A stretch of DNA of 64,000 nucleotides. It comes from a virus. Lineage: Duplodnaviria > Caudoviricetes. Below are positions 38,408-47,107 of this stretch, piece by piece. The stretch covers positions 61,781 to 125,780 of IMG/VR virus record IMGVR_UViG_3300026522_000023. One strand, given 5' to 3'. A program made the translations under genes and the position numbers. The notes beneath the pieces were generated by a model. It ran no database searches, was not told the DNA's origin, and saw nothing but the letters and a program-made list of their open reading frames with translations. Positions within the stretch are counted from its first letter, which is position 1; each line of letters opens with the position of its first letter.

Positions 38408-38869
38408 ATGAAAGCAACAGGAATTATCCGCAGAGTTGATGATTTGGGGCGCGTAGTTATCCCCAAGGAGATCCGCCGCACCCTCCGCATCCGCGAGGGC
38501 GACCCGCTGGAGATTTTCGTCGAAGGTGGCGCAGTCATTTTCAAGAAATACCAGACAATGGGAAATCTTGAAACTCAGTGTAACGTGCTTTGTGACACAT
38601 TCCAAAAAATGTCCAGTGCGTGCGCAGTCTTTGATACTGATGGTGAACTGTTCGCATCAAATTCACAGTTCCGCTTTGCCTTTGCCGCCAACATGCCCAA
38701 GTTGCCGGAAGATTTAATCGGTTGCCGCGGAATTCTTGAACGCAATCACATGATTGTCATGCCCATTATCGCTGATGAGGAAATGCTGGGAACTCTGGCA
38801 GTTGAAACCGATAACCGCGAAATGGTTCAATTTGCGGCAAGAAATTTGGCTGAACAGTCGAAAAATTAA
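38408..38869 (+). CDS. spoVT: SpoVT-like transcription regulator (AbrB domain plus GAF-like C-terminus)
   Basis: MKATGIIRRVDDLGRVVIPKEIRRTLRIREGDPLEIFV closely matches the SpoVT N-terminus; own promoter at 38348. Confidence 0.8.
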   Translation: MKATGIIRRVDDLGRVVIPKEIRRTLRIREGDPLEIFVEGGAVIFKKYQTMGNLETQCNVLCDTFQKMSSACAVFDTDGELFASNSQFRFAFAANMPKLPEDLIGCRGILERNHMIVMPIIADEEMLGTLAVETDNREMVQFAARNLAEQSKN

Positions 38870-38931
38870 GTCTTGACAAACCAGCCAGTCTATGATACAA
38901 TAATGATACAAAAGAAAGCGAGGTACTTACA

Positions 38932-39090
38932 ATGAAAATGGTTATCTTCACTCTGGTAATTGCTATCCTTGTCATTGACTGGCTGGCTGCTGTTCTGGAA
39001 TTTGCTACCGGTCACAAGAAAAGCATTGTCGATGTTATCATCCGTTCATTCCTTCTTTTTGCCGTGCCTTTTATCGTCCAGTGGTTCTAA
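38932..39090 (+). CDS. Small membrane protein, 52 aa
   Basis: Promoter at 38873 and GAGG RBS; hydrophobic. Confidence 0.55.
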   Translation: MKMVIFTLVIAILVIDWLAAVLEFATGHKKSIVDVIIRSFLLFAVPFIVQWF

Positions 39091-39430
39091 CTGCTGGGCG
39101 ATAAAATTCACTATTGACAAAATAATAAAAATGTGATATAATAATTATACAATAAAAAAAGGAATTGATAATATGAATTTCCTATCTAATTTGCCTATTG
39201 ACATTTTTGATTAAGTATGCTATAATTAAATGATAAGAAAATTGCGGCCGCCCGCCGACGTTTGCCAGCCCCGGTATTTCCATTATAACACCGACCAGCC
39301 ATTTTGTCAAGCGAAAAATTGAACAAAAATGAAAAAATATTTGATCCCGAATTTGTGTATTCTACCAATAGACAAAAAGAAAAACAGGGTATATAATAAG
39401 GATACAAAGTTAAGGAACGAGGTACTTGAA

Positions 39431-39610
39431 ATGAGTAAGCGTGAAATGGTCCGCATGATTAACGACCGCACCGGTGAAATCATTGACAAGGTTTTTGATG
39501 ATTCTGCCGACGCCGATGATCTTGAATTTCTTCTGGACATGATGCAAGTCCATTATCAGCGGTGGAGTGATGGCGAAATTCTTTATGAAGAAAATGATAC
39601 AAGGGCTTGA
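39431..39610 (+). CDS. Small acidic hypothetical protein
   Basis: Promoter at 39369 and GAGG RBS. Confidence 0.6.
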   Translation: MSKREMVRMINDRTGEIIDKVFDDSADADDLEFLLDMMQVHYQRWSDGEILYEENDTRA

Positions 39611-39667
39611 CAAACAAGCCCCTATGTGGTATAATCAATACAGAAATTAAGGAATGAGGTAACTACA

Positions 39668-39886
39668 ATGAAGAACTTCACTATTGACGCTTACATCAAA
39701 CAGCAGTTGATTTTTGCTGAGACTATGCCCACCGATGCCGAGCTGTTCGAGCACAACGCCTTTGGCGCTATCGAGTGGAACGCTTATGTAAATGGCACTA
39801 ACCCCGAACTCGAACGTCGTTGGACTGAAAACTACAAGCCCGCATTTGAAAAGATTATTCGGGGGGGTTTTCCATGGATGATCTGA
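39668..39886 (+). CDS. Small hypothetical protein
   Basis: Promoter at 39607 and GAGG RBS. Confidence 0.65.
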   Translation: MKNFTIDAYIKQQLIFAETMPTDAELFEHNAFGAIEWNAYVNGTNPELERRWTENYKPAFEKIIRGGFPWMI

Positions 39887-40066
39887 AAAAAGGGACTTGT
39901 AAGGATTTTACAGCGTGGGACTTAAACTGTCCCCGCTATGTAAAACCTGACAACAAACTGAGAAAAAAATTTGTGCGGAAATATCGCAGAAATTCAAAAC
40001 TGGCTCTTGACAAACAGGCAAAAACGTGCTATAATCAAGATACAGAAACGGAAAGGAATGAAAACA

Positions 40067-40537
40067 ATGATTAAAGAAATCGTATTCGACATGGACGGAA
40101 CTATCGCTGACCTGTATGGCGTTGAGAACTGGCTGGAAAAGTTGAGAACATCCGACCCGACCCCGTATGAAATCGCAGAACCCCTGATTGACATGGCAGA
40201 ACTTGCCAATCTGCTTTCCCAGTGTCGCGTTATCGGGATTGAAGTTTCCGTTGTAACTTGGCTAAGCAAGGTTTCCACTCCCGACTATGATAAAGCAGTG
40301 AGAAAAGCGAAAAAAGAATGGCTGAACAACCATGATTTTCCTTTTGACCATTTCCACGGAGTCAAGTATGGAACACCGAAACATCAGGTAGTCAAGCAGG
40401 AACTTCCAAAAGATGGAACGGCACTGATTTTCGATGATGATGCGCGAGTGCGGAACGCTTGGACGCTTGGCGAAGCAATCGACCCCACAAAAGAAAATAT
40501 CATTGAAATCCTGCGGAATATTTTGGAAGCGCGCTGA
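40067..40537 (+). CDS. HAD-superfamily hydrolase
   Basis: IVFDMDGTIADL motif I and LIFDDD motif IV; start reassigned to the ATG after the GAAAGGA RBS. Confidence 0.8.
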   Translation: MIKEIVFDMDGTIADLYGVENWLEKLRTSDPTPYEIAEPLIDMAELANLLSQCRVIGIEVSVVTWLSKVSTPDYDKAVRKAKKEWLNNHDFPFDHFHGVKYGTPKHQVVKQELPKDGTALIFDDDARVRNAWTLGEAIDPTKENIIEILRNILEAR

Positions 40538-41029
40538 GCGCTTCCAAAGAAAGGAAATAAGAAAATGAATGACGAACAGCTTGAAATCTTGATGGAAGAA
40601 GCAACAGACATTAAAATTTTGATTGCCTTGGGCTAAAAAATTAAATTTGGGAATCCAGATTTTGGATTCCCAAATTTTTTTGATTCATTTTTTTGGAAAT
40701 AGTTGTAAAATGACAGCCGCGCGGTCACGATTGTGTGGCCGCGCCATTTTGTCAAGAGGGAATGTTCACTAATTTTTTGAGCGGATTTTTGTGTATTTTG
40801 CCAATAGACAAAAATCCTGAAACATGGTATAATTCATAATGTCAAGAGGGAACAGCGATTAAAAGTGCTTGGCATCATTAGCCGGGCTACACAACTTCCT
40901 AGGTTCGTGTGTAAAAAAAAAATAAAATTCCCTCTTGACAAACAGCTCCTGATGTGCTATAATCAATACAGAAATTAAGGATAGGGGAAACGATGGTAAG
41001 CCCCATCCAAAAGAAAGGAATTACCAAAA

Positions 41030-41686
41030 ATGAACAAAAATATCTACTGTACGCTGGACACTGAAACAGTCGGTGGCAGTTCCAACCCAACCGGAATGTA
41101 TAACGCGGGTGCTGTCATTCACGACAAGGATGGTAACATTTTGGCAACAACTTCCATTCTTATCATGGAACATTATGACAGCATCAACAAAGATGATTAT
41201 GCTAAGAAGCATTTTCCGATCTATGAAGCCCGTTTGACAAGTGGCACAATTTCTGCGGTAGCTACCGAAGCCGAAGCTGTGTCCATCGTGCGCAACCTCT
41301 GCCGGCTCTATGGTGTAAAGTATGTTATGGCATACAATAGCTGTTTCGATTTCATTAAGACACCTTTTGCCGTGCTTCTGGATGAATTTGAGTTTATCGA
41401 CCTTTATTTGATGGCTTTACAAACCATCACGCACCAGAAAGGTTTTGACAGATTCTGCCATGAAAATAATTTCATCGCGCGAAGTGGCAAGTCTTGCGCG
41501 ACGGGTGTTGAAGCGGTCTATGCCTACATTACCAGAAACCCCGACTTTGAAGAAGAACACACCGCACTTTCTGACGCACTGAATGAAATGGCAATTTTTG
41601 TTAAGTGCTATTCGCTCCATAAGCGCTTTACCAAAAACTGCCACCAGTGGAATTGCCACGAAAATAAAATGTTTCCCAAGTGGTAA
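41030..41686 (+). CDS. DEDDh 3'-5' exonuclease
   Basis: LDTET, AYNSCFD and HTALSDA motifs. Confidence 0.8.
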   Translation: MNKNIYCTLDTETVGGSSNPTGMYNAGAVIHDKDGNILATTSILIMEHYDSINKDDYAKKHFPIYEARLTSGTISAVATEAEAVSIVRNLCRLYGVKYVMAYNSCFDFIKTPFAVLLDEFEFIDLYLMALQTITHQKGFDRFCHENNFIARSGKSCATGVEAVYAYITRNPDFEEEHTALSDALNEMAIFVKCYSLHKRFTKNCHQWNCHENKMFPKW

Positions 41687-41865
41687 GAACCACTTGACAA
41701 ACCCAACCGAATGTGATACAATGTAAGTGTTCCAAGGGGAGATGAACTTCTCCCCAAGGACACGAAAAAAAATTCAAATTAGGTATTGACAAGTCGAAAG
41801 ATTTGTGATACAATATATTCATCAAGTGAAGGACACACTTAAAAAACCAGAAAGGAATTGATACT

Positions 41866-42228
41866 ATGGCTACTAAGATGACTAAGAAGGATTGCTTCAC
41901 CGCTCTGCTCCAGATGGACGAAGTCCAGTCCAACCAGACTCTCGTGGATTTCATCAACCACGAACTCGAACTGCTGGCGAAGAAAAACAGCGCCGAAAAG
42001 AAGCCGACCGCGACCCAGCTCGCCAATGATGGCTTCAAGTCCGCGATTCTCGCTCACATGGGCATGACCCCTGACCAGCTTTTCACCATCACGGAGCTGA
42101 TTAAGTCCGTGCCGGAGATTGCCGACCTGACCAACCAGCGTGTCAGCGCGATTGTCGGTCAGATGGTAAAGGCTGGAAGCCTTGTCCGTGTTGACGACAA
42201 GAGAAAGGCTTTCTTCAAGGTGGCGTGA
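41866..42228 (+). CDS. Winged-helix-like DNA-binding protein, paralog 1
   Basis: TKKDCF...FINHELELLAKK...TITELIKSVPEIADLTNQRVSAIVGQMVKAG. Confidence 0.65.
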   Translation: MATKMTKKDCFTALLQMDEVQSNQTLVDFINHELELLAKKNSAEKKPTATQLANDGFKSAILAHMGMTPDQLFTITELIKSVPEIADLTNQRVSAIVGQMVKAGSLVRVDDKRKAFFKVA

Positions 42229-42271
42229 CCGGATGGGGGCTTTTGCCCCCACTTCCGAAAGGAGGTAAAAA

Positions 42272-42631
42272 ATGACAGTCGAAGAGCTCGCCCAGCGGTT
42301 GAATATTTCAGTCGATGAAGCGCGACAAGTCCAAGAGGACGACAAACGCATTGACCGCGGTGAAAAGTTGTTTGAATTGCCGCCGGAGCTTGAAGCAGGA
42401 GCGAAAAAAGCAAGACAGACCGGAACGCGCAAGGTCACAGAGATTAAACGAGAGCGCAAACCCGACGAGGACAAGCGCGAACTCATCCAGTATTTGGAAT
42501 CCAAATTGGAAGATGCTCACCATTACGATATGGATTTGGATAACATTACCATCACAAATCCAGAGCGAGAAATGGAATTTACTTACAATGGAAAAAAGTA
42601 CCGGCTGACGTTGGCTTGCCCCAGAAAATGA
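42272..42631 (+). CDS. Hypothetical protein, partner of paralog 1
   Basis: Homologous to 46565-46969 (D..IDRGE..F.L.PE.E..AKK...G.RKV...ITN.ER...F....Y.LTL). Confidence 0.7.
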   Translation: MTVEELAQRLNISVDEARQVQEDDKRIDRGEKLFELPPELEAGAKKARQTGTRKVTEIKRERKPDEDKRELIQYLESKLEDAHHYDMDLDNITITNPEREMEFTYNGKKYRLTLACPRK

Positions 42632-42848
42632 CAAAAGTTCCTCCCAGAAAATGGGAGGAACTTTTTTACCCAAATTATTTGGAAATAGATGGAAATTCGG
42701 CCGCGCGCTCACAATCCAGTGGGCGCGTCATTTTTGTCAAGAATAACATTCAACAAATTTTCCGCACATTTTTTATGTATTTTGACGGTTGACTTTTCTC
42801 CCGAAATAGCTTATACTATTGGTACAAGGTTAAGGGAGGGAATGCTTA

Positions 42849-43022
42849 ATGAATATTGAAGTAAATACCGAGCATCTAACTGAGTGCATTGAAAGTTGGG
42901 TCGAGACATTTGATGATTGTGCTTGTTGCCCTCTGATGTTCGATTGCCAAGAAGATGAAGATATCCGAGGCATTGACTGCATTGAATGCAGTGAAAAAAT
43001 TATTGATTGGTTAAAGGCTTGA
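42849..43022 (+). CDS. Small Cys-rich hypothetical protein
   Basis: Promoter at 42789 and GGAGG RBS; TGA stop inside the next TTGACA. Confidence 0.55.
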   Translation: MNIEVNTEHLTECIESWVETFDDCACCPLMFDCQEDEDIRGIDCIECSEKIIDWLKA

Positions 43023-43077
43023 CAAAATAGCCCTATTGTGCTATACTATAATCACAAAGAATGAGAGGAGAATACAA

Positions 43078-43371
43078 ATGATTAACTATAAGGACATCAT
43101 TGATGCGCAGGAAATGCTGGTCAAGCATTGGGGCATCCATGGCGAGCAGGTAATTGCCGAGACAGTTAGAGCCGAACGGAAGCCTATGACATCCAAGCAG
43201 TTTCTCGATAACTGCTTGGCGTGCGGTGGCAACTGGAGCGGTATGCTCTTGACTGGAATTGACAAACTGTGGCCTAATGTTGGGAATGCTATCCCCGATA
43301 AAATGGGCGTTCAGGCATGGGGCTGCCTGTGTTCGGTGTTGGTGCTGTGTGGAGTTGATACGAGCGAGTAA
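43078..43371 (+). CDS. Hypothetical protein
   Basis: Promoter at 43019 and AGGAG RBS. Confidence 0.65.
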   Translation: MINYKDIIDAQEMLVKHWGIHGEQVIAETVRAERKPMTSKQFLDNCLACGGNWSGMLLTGIDKLWPNVGNAIPDKMGVQAWGCLCSVLVLCGVDTSE

Positions 43372-43450
43372 AAAACTCGCTCGTTCCTCTTGACAAATCG
43401 CCCAACCTGTGCTATAATAAAGACACAAAAAGGGAAAGGAACTGATAATA

Positions 43451-43774
43451 ATGTGGGCATGGTTGAAGAAATTCTTTGAAGAAGTCCAAAAGAAAGAAAC
43501 TCTAGAGCATTACTCTGTGCGGTTCTATACCACTGACGGCATAATGCACAACTTTACAAAATACAGATACGCCGCACCGGAGCGCCTGAGATGTTCTGTG
43601 CCGGAATACATCATGATTGATGTAAAATCGAACGGCTATCTCAAAGACGATAATGGCGTTATGTATCCTTTGCAAAATGTGGTTTCTATCTATTGGAACA
43701 AAGATGATGAAATCCACGATGTAAAATTAAATGATAAATACGCAATTTTCTTTGACAAGCCTATTGACAAATAG
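43451..43774 (+). CDS. Hypothetical protein ending in TAG (would extend to 43819 under code 15)
   Basis: Promoter at 43390 and GAAAGGA RBS. Confidence 0.65.
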   Translation: MWAWLKKFFEEVQKKETLEHYSVRFYTTDGIMHNFTKYRYAAPERLRCSVPEYIMIDVKSNGYLKDDNGVMYPLQNVVSIYWNKDDEIHDVKLNDKYAIFFDKPIDK

Positions 43775-43823
43775 GCTTGTCTGTGCTATAATAAAGATAC
43801 AATAAAGGAAAGGAATTGATACA

Positions 43824-43958
43824 ATGGATTTAGCTATTATTATTTTAGGTATTCTCTATCTCTGCGGGGTTAAAGTTGGCACAGCACTTGCAATCTGTGC
43901 TATTATTGAAGGTCTTTTTATTATTATCAGTGCAATTATCAAAAAATTAAATGAATAA
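43824..43958 (+). CDS. Small hydrophobic protein, 44 aa
   Basis: Promoter at 43764 and GAAAGGAATTGAT leader. Confidence 0.55.
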   Translation: MDLAIIILGILYLCGVKVGTALAICAIIEGLFIIISAIIKKLNE

Positions 43959-44021
43959 GGGGTTGACAAACAACCCCTAATGTGATATAATAGGATTATC
44001 AAAAGAAAGGAATTGATAAAA

Positions 44022-44255
44022 ATGACAATGGATGAAGTGATTGCGTTAGGGCATAAATTAGATAAAACAATTATCGGCTCTAAAAATTGGCGAAAATATT
44101 ATGATATTTTGGACAGCGAAGAAAATCGTATTTTTGTGTGTGATGAATGTGGAGAAAAATGTACTTACCCTGAATTGGAAAATTGGCTCTGTCATTTGCC
44201 TGAACATTGTATTTGTTCTTCCTGTTATGAAAACAATATGGGCGAAGATTTATAA
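44022..44255 (+). CDS. Small Zn-finger-like protein
   Basis: CDECG...CICSSC; promoter at 43963. Confidence 0.6.
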   Translation: MTMDEVIALGHKLDKTIIGSKNWRKYYDILDSEENRIFVCDECGEKCTYPELENWLCHLPEHCICSSCYENNMGEDL

Positions 44256-44273
44256 AGGAAAGGAATTGATACT

Positions 44274-44453
44274 ATGAAACATTTCCATTGCCCAGTAAAT
44301 GGTTGGGATTGCCCTTACTTCAAAAATGAAACTATCATCAACAACCAGAAAGAAACCTGTATCTGCAGTCTGGAAAATCCGATGGATGATTGCGATGATT
44401 TTTACAGCATGTGGGGCGATTGTGAACCTGATGATTATACAGATGATAATTAA
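44274..44453 (+). CDS. Small Cys/Asp-rich protein, 59 aa
   Basis: GAAAGGAATTGAT leader; MKHFHCPVNGWDCPYF... Confidence 0.6.
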   Translation: MKHFHCPVNGWDCPYFKNETIINNQKETCICSLENPMDDCDDFYSMWGDCEPDDYTDDN

Positions 44454-44486
44454 GGGGAAATTTCCCCTAGGAAAGGAATTGATACA

Positions 44487-44774
44487 ATGTTAGACAATAA
44501 TATTGAAGAAATGCTGAAAGGCTTGACGGACAGTGAAATCGCTACATTGATTGGTCTTGCTTACAGAGAAAAGCAAGACAGAGATGAAGCAAAAAAAACA
44601 AAATACATGAATGCAATCAACAAAGCTATTCAGGATTATCTGGATAATGTTGGAGATTTGACATTCCATGTTGAGTACGAAGACGAAGATGGTCAAGACG
44701 CGGAAACTGACATCACCGTAGATAATACAAATCCGCCTGCTTGTGGTCAGGGAGTTATTTATATTAAGGAGTGA
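44487..44774 (+). CDS. Hypothetical acidic protein
   Basis: GAAAGGAATTGAT leader. Confidence 0.65.
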   Translation: MLDNNIEEMLKGLTDSEIATLIGLAYREKQDRDEAKKTKYMNAINKAIQDYLDNVGDLTFHVEYEDEDGQDAETDITVDNTNPPACGQGVIYIKE

Positions 44775-44850
44775 AAAAATAGCGCAAGGGGCTTGACAAA
44801 GTAGGCCTCTTGTGCTATAATTGATTTATCAAAAGAAAGGAATTGATACA

Positions 44851-45126
44851 ATGAATAAACAGGTTATTTTCATGGACAACGAGGGGACTGTTCAGGCAGG
44901 TATCTGGAATCAGGACAGAGACGAAATTATCTGTGGTTGTTGTGGCGCGACAATCGAATCAGGCGATTTTGTCTTGCTTCACATCTACGACGAATGGCTG
45001 AATATCACCGATGAAATCTGCGGAGATGATGGAGATATTCTTCATGAGATTGAAGAAAAGGTTGACCGTCTGACCATTTCTGAAATTGAAGCAATTCTTG
45101 ATGGAAAGAAGGACTTTAACGCATGA
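44851..45126 (+). CDS. Hypothetical acidic protein with IICGCCG motif
   Basis: Promoter at 44793 and the shared leader. Confidence 0.65.
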   Translation: MNKQVIFMDNEGTVQAGIWNQDRDEIICGCCGATIESGDFVLLHIYDEWLNITDEICGDDGDILHEIEEKVDRLTISEIEAILDGKKDFNA

Positions 45127-45274
45127 AAGGGAAGAAGTTCAGAAAGGGCGATTACATCGCCCAAACTGTCCAGTGGGACCATTATGAAGCCCTTTGGATT
45201 TGTAAATTTTCATGGGGCGAGTTCTTTTATGAAGATGATGAATTTATCAGGGAAAATCTGGTAGAGGGTTAAAA

Positions 45275-45574
45275 ATGGAATTTTTTGTAAAAGTTCTGAG
45301 AAAGTGGTGTGAAGATTATCGTCAACCGTTTGCCCTGTATGGGGCAGACGGTATGCCAATCAGCTATTGGAACACTGAACCAAAGAAACATTATTTCCCG
45401 CCCAAGATGGATGAAGTTTGTAAAATTGAAAATAACTGGTGCTGCTATCCAGTAAATGTCAATGGTGAATACTGCGGTTGCTTCTGCTGGCAAGAGGAAC
45501 TGGAAGGTATTGACTTTTATGACATTATCATGCTCTGCCGACTTCTGGAAACCGCGTGCGAAGTTGAGGAATAA
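45275..45574 (+). CDS. Hypothetical protein
   Basis: 99-aa ORF ending at a terminator hairpin. Confidence 0.6.
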   Translation: MEFFVKVLRKWCEDYRQPFALYGADGMPISYWNTEPKKHYFPPKMDEVCKIENNWCCYPVNVNGEYCGCFCWQEELEGIDFYDIIMLCRLLETACEVEE

Positions 45575-46131
45575 ATTTCCTCAACTTTTTTCGCCTTTTT
45601 AATTGGGAATTTTTGGGCGCGGCGCCCACGTATGTAAGGCGCCGAATTTCCATTATACCACCCCGCCAGCAATTTGTCAAGAGAAAAGTTATACAAAATA
45701 ATCTTTTTATTTTATCCCGTTTTCGTCATTTTGCCAATAGACTTTTCAAGGGGTATCTGCTATAATACATAATGTCAGGAGGGAATGGAGAGTTCCCAAG
45801 CGACCGAAAAAAACTTTCGGAAATCGAAAATTTCCTCTTGACAAAGCCTCTCAGATGTGATATAATGAGGGTACAAAAGAGAGAGAAAGCAACGGTGAAT
45901 ACGACCGTAGCCCATGAGAGCGATGTAAGACTTTCTCGTTAGAATCTTCCGCGCGGAGTCCTATTGTTGCGGGATATAAATGTGAACCAACAGCTACCAT
46001 TTGCTGGAAGGTAGCGGCTGATAGGATGGCAAAAAAAATTCAAATTAGGTATTGACAAATCGCAAGGTTTGTGATACAATATATTCATCAAGTGAAGGAC
46101 ACACTTAAAAAACCAGAAAGGAATTGATACT

Positions 46132-46512
46132 ATGGCTAAGACTACTTCCAAGCTGACCAAGCGCGACTACTTCAATATTCTCCGTGAAGCGTATCCGCAG
46201 ACCGCGGACAACTATGATGCAGTTATCGGTTTCATCGACCATGAGCTGGAACTGCTTTCCAAGAAGAACGCGGCTGACAAGAAGCCGACTGCCACGCAGG
46301 TGGCGAATGACGGTTTCAAGACCTCGATTGAGGCGGTGATGTCCGCAGAACCGACCCGTCTGTTCACTATTACGGAACTGATTAAGTCTGTGCCGGAGAT
46401 TGCCGACCTGACCAACCAGCGTGTTTCTGCTATCGTCCGGCAGATGGTAAAGGATGGCACGCTCGACCGCGTTGAGGAAAAGCGGAAAGCCTATTTTCGT
46501 ATTCACCAGTAA
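46132..46512 (+). CDS. Winged-helix-like DNA-binding protein, paralog 2
   Basis: Shares ELIKSVPEIADLTNQRVSAIV with 41866-42228. Confidence 0.65.
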   Translation: MAKTTSKLTKRDYFNILREAYPQTADNYDAVIGFIDHELELLSKKNAADKKPTATQVANDGFKTSIEAVMSAEPTRLFTITELIKSVPEIADLTNQRVSAIVRQMVKDGTLDRVEEKRKAYFRIHQ

Positions 46513-46564
46513 TTGCCAATCGGGGCGGAGTAATCCGCCCTACCCAGAAGAAAGGTGGAATTAA

Positions 46565-46969
46565 ATGGCATTAAAGGAAAAAGATAAGCAAGCGTGGATT
46601 GACAAAAATATGAAACTCATGGGCTGGACGCAGGAAGAGGCGGAAAGCGTGTGGGAAGCCGACCGCGCTATCGACAAGGGCGAACGTGTTGAGTTTGACT
46701 TGTCGCCAGAACAGGAAAAAGAAGCCAAAAAATACATGAACGCGGGAACGCGCAAAGTGCCGACAAATTACAAATTTGACCAGCGCAAGCGTAAAGAAAA
46801 CCCGACCAAAGCTGGAATTATCGCAGAATTAGCAACTTTTTTGGCTGAAAACAGCGAAAATGCGTGCGAAAACGTGGAAATTACAAACAAAGAGCGCATG
46901 ATTGCGTTCAAAGTTGGTGAAAATTGCTACGAATTGACGCTCACGCAGAAAAGAAAGCCAAAAAGTTAA
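46565..46969 (+). CDS. Hypothetical protein, partner of paralog 2
   Basis: Homologous to 42272-42631. Confidence 0.7.
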   Translation: MALKEKDKQAWIDKNMKLMGWTQEEAESVWEADRAIDKGERVEFDLSPEQEKEAKKYMNAGTRKVPTNYKFDQRKRKENPTKAGIIAELATFLAENSENACENVEITNKERMIAFKVGENCYELTLTQKRKPKS

Positions 46970-47107
46970 GGAAAAGGGCGAGAAATCGCCCTTTTCCTAA
47001 GCAAAAACTGCGGAAAAGTTAGGCTTGACAACGACTTTTTTGTATGGTATAATGTTTATACAGTTAAGGGAGCGGACAACCCAACCAACCGCAGAAAGGT
47101 AAAGCGT

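Noticed and set aside
36090-45766. CRISPR array or classical integron reading of the periodic elements
   Set aside because: Units are kilobases apart and not identical; no cas or integrase gene and no attC-type GTTRRRY ends were recognised in the window.
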